A stretch of DNA of 64,000 nt from a virus (taxonomy: Duplodnaviria > Caudoviricetes): IMG/VR virus record IMGVR_UViG_3300025905_000003, positions 2,358-66,357 of that record, one strand, 5' to 3'. The notes under the pieces were generated by a model. That model worked only from the letters and a program-made list of their open reading frames with translations. It had not been told where the DNA came from and ran no database searches. The position numbers and the translations under genes were made by a program. Below, piece by piece: positions 27,377 through 36,923 of this stretch. Position 1 is the stretch's first letter; each line of letters begins with the position of its first letter.

Positions 27377-27767
27377 GATGCCGAAACCAAATGGCGCACC
27401 TATTGAATTACCTGGTATAAAAGGATCGCAACCTAATATTTCTGATAGTGTGGCTCAAGTATTGGATGCATTAAAAAATCCTAGTTCAGGTGTCATGTCT
27501 CTGGAAAGTAATCCATCTTCGCAGCAGCCTAATTGGGGGGCTCATTCAGGAACAGATTTATCTGCAAACCCTAACAATAACTTTATGTTACAGGCTTTGG
27601 GAGGACAATCTCCGGGATACGATCCTAATTCTTCTCCGCAAGTTGGAGTACCTAACGCTAACACTCCAGCTATTAATTCTCAGACAACTCCTAGCATTGG
27701 TAATATGCCTCAAGCTAATCAAGGTTTACCTTTATCCAGTAATGCTGTGGGCCGCCCTTATGCCTAA
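27366..27767 (+). CDS. small disordered internal virion protein
   Basis: ORF track; Pro/Asn/Ser-rich. Confidence 0.6.
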   Translation: MADKMPKPNGAPIELPGIKGSQPNISDSVAQVLDALKNPSSGVMSLESNPSSQQPNWGAHSGTDLSANPNNNFMLQALGGQSPGYDPNSSPQVGVPNANTPAINSQTTPSIGNMPQANQGLPLSSNAVGRPYA

Positions 27768-29913
27768 TTCAGTAGATGATGTCTATGGCTCAAATGTTGG
27801 CGTAAATTTTGCTAAGATGATGGCGGAAGCCTTATCTAAGCAGGGCAATTATGTGCCTAATGCTGATATGGCTAAGCTGCCAGGCTCTTGGATGTACGGC
27901 GTTCCAAATATACTTAGCGCCTTAGCTGGTAACCAGTATAGAGACATAGCAGGCTCACAAGATAAAGTTCTTAGAGATAGGATGACTGATCCTAATGCGC
28001 AACCCGGAATTAAAAGTTATGGATATCCGGCTAGTCAAGTACAGGGTCCGGCTGCTCCTCAAGGATCATCTAATAAAGTAGCATCTTTAAATCCTTCTGC
28101 TACAGAGCCTTCTGGTGATAATATATCGACTGCTTCTTTGCCGCCAGAAAATATAACTGGTCAGAACACTGGAGTAACTAGTGAATTTTTAGATAAAGTA
28201 AAAAGCATAGAAAATAATACAGGTAATCCTGCTTATGTTAATGAATATGGATATAAAGGTGATTATCAATTTTCAGATGAAGAAATAGCAAAATATGGTC
28301 TAAGCGGTGGAAGGTGGAAAGATCCTAAACTTGCTAGAGAAGCAGCGGCTAGAAGATTTACAGATTTAAATAATCAATATAAAGCTGCGACAGGTAAAGA
28401 TGCTGACCATGGTACTCTTTATTTGATGCATCAGCGTGGTTTTGATGGGGCTATGAAAGGAATACAAAACCCAGATAAACCTGAATGGATTAATATGCTC
28501 AATACAGGGGAAGGTCGAGCTAGATATGATAAAGATCCCCAAAGTGCAATAGCTTGGGCTCAGCGTGCAGTGTGGGCAAACGTACCAAAAAAAGATCCAA
28601 CCAGAATACAACTACAAAAACAGTATGGAAAAGAATGGTACATGAAAATGACTTCAGGTCAATTTCAACCTATATGGACTAAGAGGTTTGGAGGTACCAA
28701 TCCTGCATCTAATGAAGGTCTTTCTCCGAATGCGTCTCTTACGGGTCAAGAAGGACAACCCGAGTTAGCCGGCGGTCCAACTGCTGACACTATAGATCAA
28801 ACTGAGCAGGGTGCTGTAAGCGCTCCAGGCGCCGCGCCTATTGAAACTGGCGCTACTAAGACGGCTCAAGCCTTTCCAACTACGCCTACAACCGTGGGGC
28901 CTCAGGGCGCAATTCCGCCGGCAAATCCAATAGAAAGTGATGCGCAGTTACAGGCTAGATTAAGGTATTCTGATGATCCAGATAAAGTATTAGAAAGTTA
29001 TTTAAAGCGTAAAGAAGGCAGGGAGTACGAAACTGCTACCGGCAAACAAACCGTTACGCCTACAACTCCAGGGCAACAGCCTATTGTTACTGAGCGGGAT
29101 ACTAGAGCATTCCCTCTTTCTATTGGCGATCTACATTTGCAGCTTATCCCGAACGGACAAGGCGGATTTAGTGCTGCATTGCCAGGAGGCGGAACTAAAG
29201 ATTTTAAGAGTTTAGATGAAGTTTGGAAGTGGGCACAGGAAGGCCATGCTAGAGGAACAGAATTGAATACAAGAGCTGAGAAACAAGCTACACGTTATGA
29301 AGACATTAAGGGCCACGCTGAGCAAACATATCAAACTACTGCAGATAGAGGAACACAATTAAAGTTAGCTTCCCAGCTTGTAAACGATCCTAAATTTATT
29401 TCAGGTTCGTTTAAAGATCAAAGAGAAATGATTAGTAAATTTTTTACTACGCTTAAATTAGCACCTCCTGGTAGTGGTTCAGATGTTACACAAGCGTTTG
29501 TTAAGTTGGTAGCTGGTAATATTCTTGATGATATTAAAAGTCTAGGAGGTCAAGGACTAGGTCAAGTACGCCAGAAGGAAATGGATATAATTGAAAAAAT
29601 GAATGCTACACCTAATATGTCGCCTGGAGCAGTTAGAGCTGTTGTAAACCTTATGCAAAAAACTAATGATAGAATGCAAAATCATAATGATCAAGTATTA
29701 GATTATGCTGCTGAGCATGGTGGTAATGTAGATGCTGGTTTTTACCGTAAGATGCAGAAATTTTATAGAGATAATCCTTTGATATCGCCCGAAGAAATGG
29801 CTAATTATAGAGAGCTCTTTAAGCTTGATAAAGATAAGGGAACCACTACCACAGAAGGCGATACTAAAAAGAAATGGAGAATAAACGAGAAAGGCGCATG
29901 GGAATTTAAATAA
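27760..29913 (+). CDS. large ejection protein with a lysozyme/transglycosylase-like domain
   Basis: FLDKVKSIE..TGNP......YKG.YQF resembles the SLT/lysozyme core; start refined to ATG 27760 (ORF track 27490). Confidence 0.7.
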   Translation: MPNSVDDVYGSNVGVNFAKMMAEALSKQGNYVPNADMAKLPGSWMYGVPNILSALAGNQYRDIAGSQDKVLRDRMTDPNAQPGIKSYGYPASQVQGPAAPQGSSNKVASLNPSATEPSGDNISTASLPPENITGQNTGVTSEFLDKVKSIENNTGNPAYVNEYGYKGDYQFSDEEIAKYGLSGGRWKDPKLAREAAARRFTDLNNQYKAATGKDADHGTLYLMHQRGFDGAMKGIQNPDKPEWINMLNTGEGRARYDKDPQSAIAWAQRAVWANVPKKDPTRIQLQKQYGKEWYMKMTSGQFQPIWTKRFGGTNPASNEGLSPNASLTGQEGQPELAGGPTADTIDQTEQGAVSAPGAAPIETGATKTAQAFPTTPTTVGPQGAIPPANPIESDAQLQARLRYSDDPDKVLESYLKRKEGREYETATGKQTVTPTTPGQQPIVTERDTRAFPLSIGDLHLQLIPNGQGGFSAALPGGGTKDFKSLDEVWKWAQEGHARGTELNTRAEKQATRYEDIKGHAEQTYQTTADRGTQLKLASQLVNDPKFISGSFKDQREMISKFFTTLKLAPPGSGSDVTQAFVKLVAGNILDDIKSLGGQGLGQVRQKEMDIIEKMNATPNMSPGAVRAVVNLMQKTNDRMQNHNDQVLDYAAEHGGNVDAGFYRKMQKFYRDNPLISPEEMANYRELFKLDKDKGTTTTEGDTKKKWRINEKGAWEFK

Positions 29914-30950
29914 TGGCTGGGTATAAATCTGTACCTGTAGAAGGTATTCCAGGCGTTACTACTGTAGATGTTCCTGATGATTGGTCAGACGAACAGATAG
30001 CTACGGCTTTAAAAGCCCACCCTGCGTACAAAAAAGAGAGCGGTAGAGGATTATTAGGGGACGCGGCTAGAGAAAGAACTCTCGGATTTGCCAATGAAAT
30101 GGCTAAGGGAGTTCCTATAGTAGGTAATCTCGCAGATAGATACGAAGAACATACAGGACATCCTTACGGCAAAGAACTACAGAGAGATTACCCTCTAACT
30201 GCTACCGGAGCCAGAATAGGAGGCGGTTTATTATCTAGCGCTCCTATAGCGGGTGGAGTAGCCGCTTCTACAGGTCCAGGGCTAATACGTAATATAATGG
30301 CTCAAGGGGGCACATTTGGTGGACTAGGCGTAGCAGATAAAATAGCTGAAAAAGGGCAAGAGGCTACACCAGAGGATTTAGCTTGGTCAGGTGGATTAAA
30401 CGCTATAGGTGGGGCAGCGGGGCCTTTAATAGGTAGAGGATTTTCGCCTTCTCTTCCTAGAGCCCCTACACATGATGAATTAAGCGCTGCATTCGAAGCG
30501 GCTGCAAGGGGAAGAGGTCCCGGCCCTCGCTATACAAAAACAGATTTAAAAGGCACTAAAGATGATCCTTTTGGGTTTCATGTAGACGAGGCTCGTAAAG
30601 CTAAGTTTGGGCATATAGCAGATGTATTAGAAGATATGGAAGGTGAAATATCTGGATTGCATCAACCTCCTTCTAGCCATGTATTAGATACCCTTGTTAA
30701 TACGGGTACTGGCGCTGTAGCGGGCGGATTAGCGGGGCATTTAGGGGGTAGTGATGCTATGTTAGGTAGTTTAGCGGGTGGATTATTAGGTAGCCATGTA
30801 GGACCAGCTGTAAGAAGTGCAGTAGGTAATTCTGCATGGTGGAACAATACTAAAATACATAATCACCCTAATATTCAGGCTATTTTAGATGCGCTTGGGC
30901 CTAGTATAGTATCTAGTCAACCTCCAGGGGAAGAATTACCTCAGCAATAA
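29913..30950 (+). CDS. ejection / inner-membrane channel protein
   Basis: Gly/Ala-rich hydrophobic stretches; last gene before the fibre genes. Confidence 0.65.
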   Translation: MAGYKSVPVEGIPGVTTVDVPDDWSDEQIATALKAHPAYKKESGRGLLGDAARERTLGFANEMAKGVPIVGNLADRYEEHTGHPYGKELQRDYPLTATGARIGGGLLSSAPIAGGVAASTGPGLIRNIMAQGGTFGGLGVADKIAEKGQEATPEDLAWSGGLNAIGGAAGPLIGRGFSPSLPRAPTHDELSAAFEAAARGRGPGPRYTKTDLKGTKDDPFGFHVDEARKAKFGHIADVLEDMEGEISGLHQPPSSHVLDTLVNTGTGAVAGGLAGHLGGSDAMLGSLAGGLLGSHVGPAVRSAVGNSAWWNNTKIHNHPNIQAILDALGPSIVSSQPPGEELPQQ

Positions 30951-31208
30951 TTCGTGATAAATCTTTCGATTGATGTTGTTTCTAAGCCTATCTTCCTGTC
31001 GTTTGTTAAAAGTATCTATCCGACCCATAAGACGAGTCATGAGAAAAAACATAAATATACTTAGCCCAAATAGAGCTAAACTAGTAGTAGATATGGCTAA
31101 TACAAAGAGTATTCCAGACGATATAACGCAACATATAGCTAAGAATAAAAACACTGCATTAATCAAACTTACTAGAACCGTTTTTAAAAATCTCAGAAGG
31201 CCTAGCAT
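30936..31208 (-). CDS. antisense-oriented two-TM membrane protein
   Basis: AAAGGG SD, two hydrophobic helices, TTGACT-N17-TAGTTG upstream on the minus strand. Confidence 0.55.
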   Translation of the reverse strand: MLGLLRFLKTVLVSLINAVFLFLAICCVISSGILFVLAISTTSLALFGLSIFMFFLMTRLMGRIDTFNKRQEDRLRNNINRKIYHELLLR

Positions 31209-31270
31209 GGTTAACCCTTTCTTAAGATATGTTTCAACCCTACAACTAGCACGTTTGAAGGTTCAAGTCA

Positions 31271-32197
31271 ATGCCTCGTAACGCTAGTGGCGTCTATTCA
31301 TTGCCGGTAGCTTCGTATGTTGCTAATACAACTATACGCTCTACCGATATGAATAGTAATTTATCAGATATAGGCTCCACGTTAACAACGTCGTTAGCTA
31401 CTACTGGCGTCTCGACTATGACGGGGCCTATTAAACTAGCAGATGGGTCCGCTGGTGCGCCTTCTTTAAGTTTAGCTAGTGATACTACTACAGGTTGGTA
31501 TAGGTCTTCTGCTGGTGCTTGGACGTTTGTATCTACTGGTAGCGCTATTATTACTTTGGGGCCTACGTCTGTTAGTATGGGTACTTTAACGGTTGCTAAC
31601 TTAACTGTTACAGGTACTTTCTCCGTTGCTGCTAACCGAGTTGTGGGCGAGGTAGTTGACTATACAGGTGCAGCCGCTCCTGCGTTATGGTTGTTAGCCT
31701 TTGGTCAGGCTATATCTAGAACCACGTTCTCTAGTTTGTTTGGTGCCATAGGCACTACATACGGAGTTGGTGACGGCTCTACTACTTTTAACGTACCAGA
31801 TCTAAGAGGTCGCGTCACTGCCGGCAAAGATAATATGGGAGGCTCGGCAGCTAATAGGTTAACCAATCAACCGGGTGGTATAGATGGTTCAACTTTAGGC
31901 GCAGTAGGTGGATTACAAACTCATCAGCTTACTACCGCACAGTTGGCTAGCCATACACATACAGGTACTACAGGAAACAATGGAAACCATAGCCACAACT
32001 ATAACGCCTCAGCTTGGAATTTAGACGTAGCAAATAAAGTTGGTGGTTCTATCTTTGGTGTTTCTACAGCGTCAACTACAACAACAGATGGTAACCATGC
32101 GCATACTTTCACTTCGGATGCATCGGGATCAGATGGATCTCATAACAATGTGCAGCCTTCTATTATCTTAAATAAAATAATCTACGTAGCGGTGTAA
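31271..32197 (+). CDS. tail fibre with phage tail-collar domain
   Basis: GE...Y.G..AP..WL...GQA.SR.....LF..IGTTYG.GDGSTTFN.PDLRGR. Confidence 0.9.
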   Translation: MPRNASGVYSLPVASYVANTTIRSTDMNSNLSDIGSTLTTSLATTGVSTMTGPIKLADGSAGAPSLSLASDTTTGWYRSSAGAWTFVSTGSAIITLGPTSVSMGTLTVANLTVTGTFSVAANRVVGEVVDYTGAAAPALWLLAFGQAISRTTFSSLFGAIGTTYGVGDGSTTFNVPDLRGRVTAGKDNMGGSAANRLTNQPGGIDGSTLGAVGGLQTHQLTTAQLASHTHTGTTGNNGNHSHNYNASAWNLDVANKVGGSIFGVSTASTTTTDGNHAHTFTSDASGSDGSHNNVQPSIILNKIIYVAV

Positions 32198-32198
32198 T

Positions 32199-33359
32199 AT
32201 GGGCTTTAACTCGCAAGGCGCCTACGCACAAATAGCCGGTGCTATTACAGCTGCGCCTGGTCAAACTATTCAAAGCGCCGTATGGAACGCTATACATACT
32301 GATTTAGGATTAGCTCTAAGTCAGGGTATGCAGGAATTTATGTATTCACCTGCTAATAGAAATTTATTATGGATGAATGGAGGCTTAGAAGTATGGCAAC
32401 GTGGCGCTGATAGTACTTCTAACTTTTCTGTACTCGCTGCTAATACTGCTTATACTGCGGATAGATGGTATTTAACTACAAGCGCTAATCAAAATAGTAC
32501 TGTTTCATTTCAATCAGGGTTGGTTAGTCAATCTAGATCTTCTGCCAGAGTACAAAGAACTAACGGGCAAACTGGCACAACTACTATGTATTTTGCTTAC
32601 CCGTTAGATACAGACGAAATAATTAGAATGAGAGGTAAAAACGTTACATTAACCTTTACTATTCAAGCTGGAGCTAATTGGTCTCCCACCAGCGGAACAA
32701 TTGGCGTAGCTATACCTATTGGGACTGGTGCTACTCCGGCTAAGCGGGGAGGTACGCCTTATGCTGGTGAAGTATTTGTTATAAATACAGCATTTAACTT
32801 AACTCAAGGTGGAGCGGCTGTAACCATAGCGGTTAATAGTAGTGTTACTATTCCTACTAACGGTACTCAAGCAGAGGTATTATTCTTTTGGAACCCAATA
32901 GGTACAGCTGGTGCAAACGATTGGTTCCAAATAGACGACGTACAATTAGAGGTTAACGCTGCTCCTAATTTTACTTGGATACCTACTGCTTACGATAGAA
33001 TGACTTTCCCGCAGATGCTAGAGGGCTGTAAGAGACATTATCAGAAAACTCCTCCTCTTGGTACTTTTGCGGCGCAAGCTTGTGGTAGGTCTAATTCGTT
33101 GCAGGTTATATCTAATGCAGCTAGTAGAGTAGGAATATACTGGTGTTATTCTGTAGAGATAAGAGCTACAGGAACAATAACAGCTTTTAATCCTGATGGC
33201 GCTAATAATAATTGGCAGAATATAACTGCTGCGGCTACGTCTGCAGTTACTATAGATACGTCTACACAAGGCTCTAAAGGTGTGTTTATATTAGCTGCTA
33301 CAGCTGGAGCTACTGATCAGTTATTTATAATACACGCTATGGTTGATGCAGGTATCTAA
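32199..33359 (+). CDS. tail fibre/receptor-binding protein A (CBM-like)
   Basis: N-terminal anchor like 31271; NRNLL.MNG..E.WQR...YTADRW. Confidence 0.8.
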   Translation: MGFNSQGAYAQIAGAITAAPGQTIQSAVWNAIHTDLGLALSQGMQEFMYSPANRNLLWMNGGLEVWQRGADSTSNFSVLAANTAYTADRWYLTTSANQNSTVSFQSGLVSQSRSSARVQRTNGQTGTTTMYFAYPLDTDEIIRMRGKNVTLTFTIQAGANWSPTSGTIGVAIPIGTGATPAKRGGTPYAGEVFVINTAFNLTQGGAAVTIAVNSSVTIPTNGTQAEVLFFWNPIGTAGANDWFQIDDVQLEVNAAPNFTWIPTAYDRMTFPQMLEGCKRHYQKTPPLGTFAAQACGRSNSLQVISNAASRVGIYWCYSVEIRATGTITAFNPDGANNNWQNITAAATSAVTIDTSTQGSKGVFILAATAGATDQLFIIHAMVDAGI

Positions 33360-34522
33360 TGGCTTTTGATACTACCGGTACGTATATACAAGTAACAGGC
33401 GCAACTACAGCTGTTCCAGGTGCCGTAGTTCAGAGTTCTATATGGAATAGTATACATACTGATTTAGGGGGAGCGTTAACTCAGTATATGCAGGAGTTTA
33501 TAGCTCAGCCATCTAATAGAAATATAATATGGATGAATGGTAGTTTTGAAATATGGCAACGAACTACCGGGTTGTCTCCTGTAGTTAACTTGACAAGCCC
33601 TGTTATATCTTATACTGCGGATAGATGGTATGCGCTCATAGATGTTAATGAAGATAGTACAATAAATGGTGTTGCGGGATTAGTCTCTCAATCAAATTTT
33701 GCTTATAGATTTAGGCGTAATGCTGGTCAGACTGGAACTGCTTCATCTATGCTTGGTTTTCCTTTTGGCCAAGATGAAGTAATTGCAATGAAGGGTAAGA
33801 ATGTTACTTTATCTTTTCTTGTTAAGGCAGGTGCTAATTGGTCGCCCGCTAGCGGTACTTTAACTATGTTTCTTTTTACTGGAACAGGCGCAGGAGGAGC
33901 GGCTAGGAGGGCAAATGTCCCTTATACAGGCGAATTAACACCAATAAGTACTACTGTTAATTTGACGCCTGGGGGACCTACTATTGCTGTAGCAGTAAAT
34001 AGTACTATAACAATACCTACTAATATTACTCAAGCTGAATTGGCGTTTTTATGGAACCCCACAGGTACAGCTGGCGCAGCTGATGATTTTACAATTGATG
34101 ATATACAATTAGAAGTACAAAATTCTCCTTCTACTTGGATAGCTACTGCTTATGATAGAATACCTTTTCCTCAGATGCTTCAAGGATGTAAAAGACATTA
34201 TCAGAAAACTTTTGACTATGCTGTATTTCCTGGGGCAGGATCAGGCAGAGGTAACGCTCTATCTGTAATAGCAGGAGCTGCATCTAGAACAGGTATATAT
34301 TGGAGATATCCAGTAGAAGTTAGAGGTACAGGAACAATAGGTCTATTTAATCCAGATGGGGGCAGTGCTAATTGGCAAAACACGGTCTCTGGAGCATCAT
34401 CTACGTCGACAGTAGATACATCTACGCAAGATAGCAAAGGTGTATTCATATTATCGGCTACTGTAACTGCAATAGATCAAGTACTTATTATTCACGCACA
34501 ACAAGCGGCAGGGATAACATGA
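33359..34522 (+). CDS. tail fibre/receptor-binding protein B, tandem paralog of A
   Basis: Colinear similarity to 32199..33359 along the whole length. Confidence 0.8.
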   Translation: MAFDTTGTYIQVTGATTAVPGAVVQSSIWNSIHTDLGGALTQYMQEFIAQPSNRNIIWMNGSFEIWQRTTGLSPVVNLTSPVISYTADRWYALIDVNEDSTINGVAGLVSQSNFAYRFRRNAGQTGTASSMLGFPFGQDEVIAMKGKNVTLSFLVKAGANWSPASGTLTMFLFTGTGAGGAARRANVPYTGELTPISTTVNLTPGGPTIAVAVNSTITIPTNITQAELAFLWNPTGTAGAADDFTIDDIQLEVQNSPSTWIATAYDRIPFPQMLQGCKRHYQKTFDYAVFPGAGSGRGNALSVIAGAASRTGIYWRYPVEVRGTGTIGLFNPDGGSANWQNTVSGASSTSTVDTSTQDSKGVFILSATVTAIDQVLIIHAQQAAGIT

Positions 34523-35076
34523 CAACTCAAGAAGAAACTATTTCTAACCTAGAAGTAACTCCAATACTAGAGATAGACGTTAACACTGGAGAAGCCCCTA
34601 GAATTATAGATAAAACTCCTAGAGAGAAGCGTATTCCTAAGCCTTTACCACTTGACGTAGTTCAAACAGTAACTAAAATAGTTACTGAAGGAGGAGCTAA
34701 ACTCTTAGACACAGATATAAGGCTACCCCAAGTTATAGCTACGGTTATTAGACCTGATCAAGTACCTTTTGCAGGTGCTGCAGATAATCCTGATATTATT
34801 AAACAAATAATATCTTTAAATGTATCTGGAGCTGTCGTTAATGATCAATTAGTCCAAGGCCCAGCTTACCAATTAGAGAAGCTAGGCGTAGGTGTATACA
34901 AGGTAACCCATAACTTAGGTACGGATGGGTTATGTCTGAGTATAGGGCCGTTACAGCCTATATGTAGCCTTCTCATAAGAGAAAACCACACTCACTACTT
35001 TGTAGTAGAAGTTAGTGTGGACGGAGTACCTACAGATATGGGGTTTGTTTATACCCTAGCTAGGGTAATTTCTTAA
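34519..35076 (+). CDS. tail-associated hypothetical protein
   Basis: Coupled to the fibre gene; G.G.Y.VTHNLG motif. Confidence 0.6.
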   Translation: MTTQEETISNLEVTPILEIDVNTGEAPRIIDKTPREKRIPKPLPLDVVQTVTKIVTEGGAKLLDTDIRLPQVIATVIRPDQVPFAGAADNPDIIKQIISLNVSGAVVNDQLVQGPAYQLEKLGVGVYKVTHNLGTDGLCLSIGPLQPICSLLIRENHTHYFVVEVSVDGVPTDMGFVYTLARVIS

Positions 35077-35416
35077 CACCCTCGGCTTTCTTCTGGGCAA
35101 GGTAATCTGCTACTGTCATCTTGGGGGGTGCTACTACCTCGGGTTTTTTATTTATAAGCTCTAAGATGATTTTCTGTAAAAACTCAGTGTTTTTATCTAT
35201 GGATTCTCTGTATCTTTTGAGCTCTTGTTTAGCTATTAATAGCTCGCCCTCTAGCTCAGCTGCTCTTTTCTTAAAGTCGTCTTCCTCATAGGGTTCTTCA
35301 TCGTAGTCTTTACGGTTATCATAACCGTTGCCTTTGTTGACATTAGATTGAGTGGACACTTTGATTAGCTCCTTGCCCTTTTTCTTTTTCGGATAGTAAC
35401 TAGTCCAGAATGCCAT
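35060..35416 (-). CDS. coiled-coil hypothetical protein
   Basis: ORF track; AGGAG SD. Confidence 0.7.
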   Translation of the reverse strand: MAFWTSYYPKKKKGKELIKVSTQSNVNKGNGYDNRKDYDEEPYEEDDFKKRAAELEGELLIAKQELKRYRESIDKNTEFLQKIILELINKKPEVVAPPKMTVADYLAQKKAEGVKKLP

Positions 35417-35426
35417 TGTATTTCTC

Positions 35427-36923
35427 CTAGTACTCTACATCCTTCACAGTTTCTACTAACCACTTCTCCTCTAAATTCCATTCAGTATGTCTATTTACTC
35501 TCTCGCTCCATATCGCCCGTAAAAGATTTAATTCAGGAAATACATATATTCTAGACTTATTAGTCCTACTTGGAACGATACCCAATACTTTCATAAAACT
35601 TGCTAGGCCTCTGCTTGTTATAGTTTTATAGCTAGGATCTAAGTTATGTATATAAGACATTAAGTTTCTAGAAGTTATAGTATATTCACCCTTATAATTT
35701 ATGGCTCCTGGGAATGTGCCTTCTTCTAGGAGTTCTAATATACAATATTTTACCTTAGGTAATGTTAAACTTATCTGTTTTTTCAATTCTTCGGTTTCTG
35801 GAATATTATCTCTAGGCGCCCATCTGTTTAGACTTATATGCAATAGATCATATAACATGGCTCCTAAACCATCGCCCTGAATTTCATCCCAAATATCAGT
35901 AAAGTATTTGTTTCTAATATAATCAGCGCAGTCCCCTTTGGCATACTTATTATCTATCTCGTTTATAAAATATCTTCTTTCGTCTTCGGTTGCGGGGATA
36001 ACCCAATCAGAGTTAGTAGACATAGTTATATGCAAGCAGTTCTTGCATATTTTTAAATTTCTGAATTTAGCTTCTATAGCTAGCGTTGGCTCGGTTATGA
36101 GGTTTTTCAAAACACCCTCAACCTCTTTATCCCCTGGATAGTAAGCTTCATCCGCATAGAGGTATGTAGAGAACTCTAGATGTTGGTTGTACTTACCAGT
36201 TAAATGTTCCCTATTAGCCACAACTAACCCATGTCGGCCAAAAAGTCTAGCCATACTTTGCAGAATTACGCCCTTGCCTGTGCCTTTTTTGCCCTTAAAG
36301 ATCAGTGCAACTTGTGCAGGCTTACCCGGATACTGCACAGCATATGCAAACCAGCGCATGACGTACTTAAACTTTTCTTTGTCTGAGTTACAGAGTATCC
36401 TGTATATATGTGTTCTTGTCTTCTTCCATGAACCTTTCTTAGGCTGTACTGCTAGCCCTTCCCACATATTAAAGTAAGCATCGTTCTCTAGGATATACTC
36501 GCCCGGTTCTTTCTCGGGCTCGAAAGTAGTTGTTTTATATGTTCTTCTATGGGCGTGCCCTAGCCACCAATCCCCCATCCTCATGAGGCTATCTTTGCCT
36601 GATTTAGTACTGGCATCAACTAGAGTATTTTGGTAGATAGTTTTGATGGCTTCGGGTAGTATATACTCGAATATTTTCTTGCCAAAAACCTCATTGTAGA
36701 CTTTGGCAAGGATCATAGGCTTGCCGCTGATACTATCTATAAAAGCATACTTATCGTTCATTCGTTTGAGTTCGGGCTCGTGCTCTTCAGCTATGTCCCT
36801 AGTCTGAAAATGCGTACCTGTTGTTAGTATATCTTCGCTGTTGCTAGACAGCTGTTTAGCTATACGTTCGCGTTGTTTTTGGAGATTGATCAGATTGTCA
36901 TCTGTCATAACATAGATAACCAA
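35427..36923 (-). CDS. SF3/D5-like helicase (DUF5906-type NTPase)
   Basis: Walker A G.KGTGKG, Walker B YADEA, LKNLITEP, M.TN..WV.PA..DERR. Confidence 0.9.
   Translation of the reverse strand: MVIYVMTDDNLINLQKQRERIAKQLSSNSEDILTTGTHFQTRDIAEEHEPELKRMNDKYAFIDSISGKPMILAKVYNEVFGKKIFEYILPEAIKTIYQNTLVDASTKSGKDSLMRMGDWWLGHAHRRTYKTTTFEPEKEPGEYILENDAYFNMWEGLAVQPKKGSWKKTRTHIYRILCNSDKEKFKYVMRWFAYAVQYPGKPAQVALIFKGKKGTGKGVILQSMARLFGRHGLVVANREHLTGKYNQHLEFSTYLYADEAYYPGDKEVEGVLKNLITEPTLAIEAKFRNLKICKNCLHITMSTNSDWVIPATEDERRYFINEIDNKYAKGDCADYIRNKYFTDIWDEIQGDGLGAMLYDLLHISLNRWAPRDNIPETEELKKQISLTLPKVKYCILELLEEGTFPGAINYKGEYTITSRNLMSYIHNLDPSYKTITSRGLASFMKVLGIVPSRTNKSRIYVFPELNLLRAIWSERVNRHTEWNLEEKWLVETVKDVEY

Noticed and set aside
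27490-27759. N-terminal extension of the large ejection protein given by the ORF track
   Set aside because: It overlaps gene 27366..27767 out of frame; ATG 27760 is the more plausible start
32199-34522. Diversity-generating retroelement behind the paralogous fibres
   Set aside because: No reverse transcriptase; the copies are full-length diverged paralogs rather than an adenine-specific TR/VR pair
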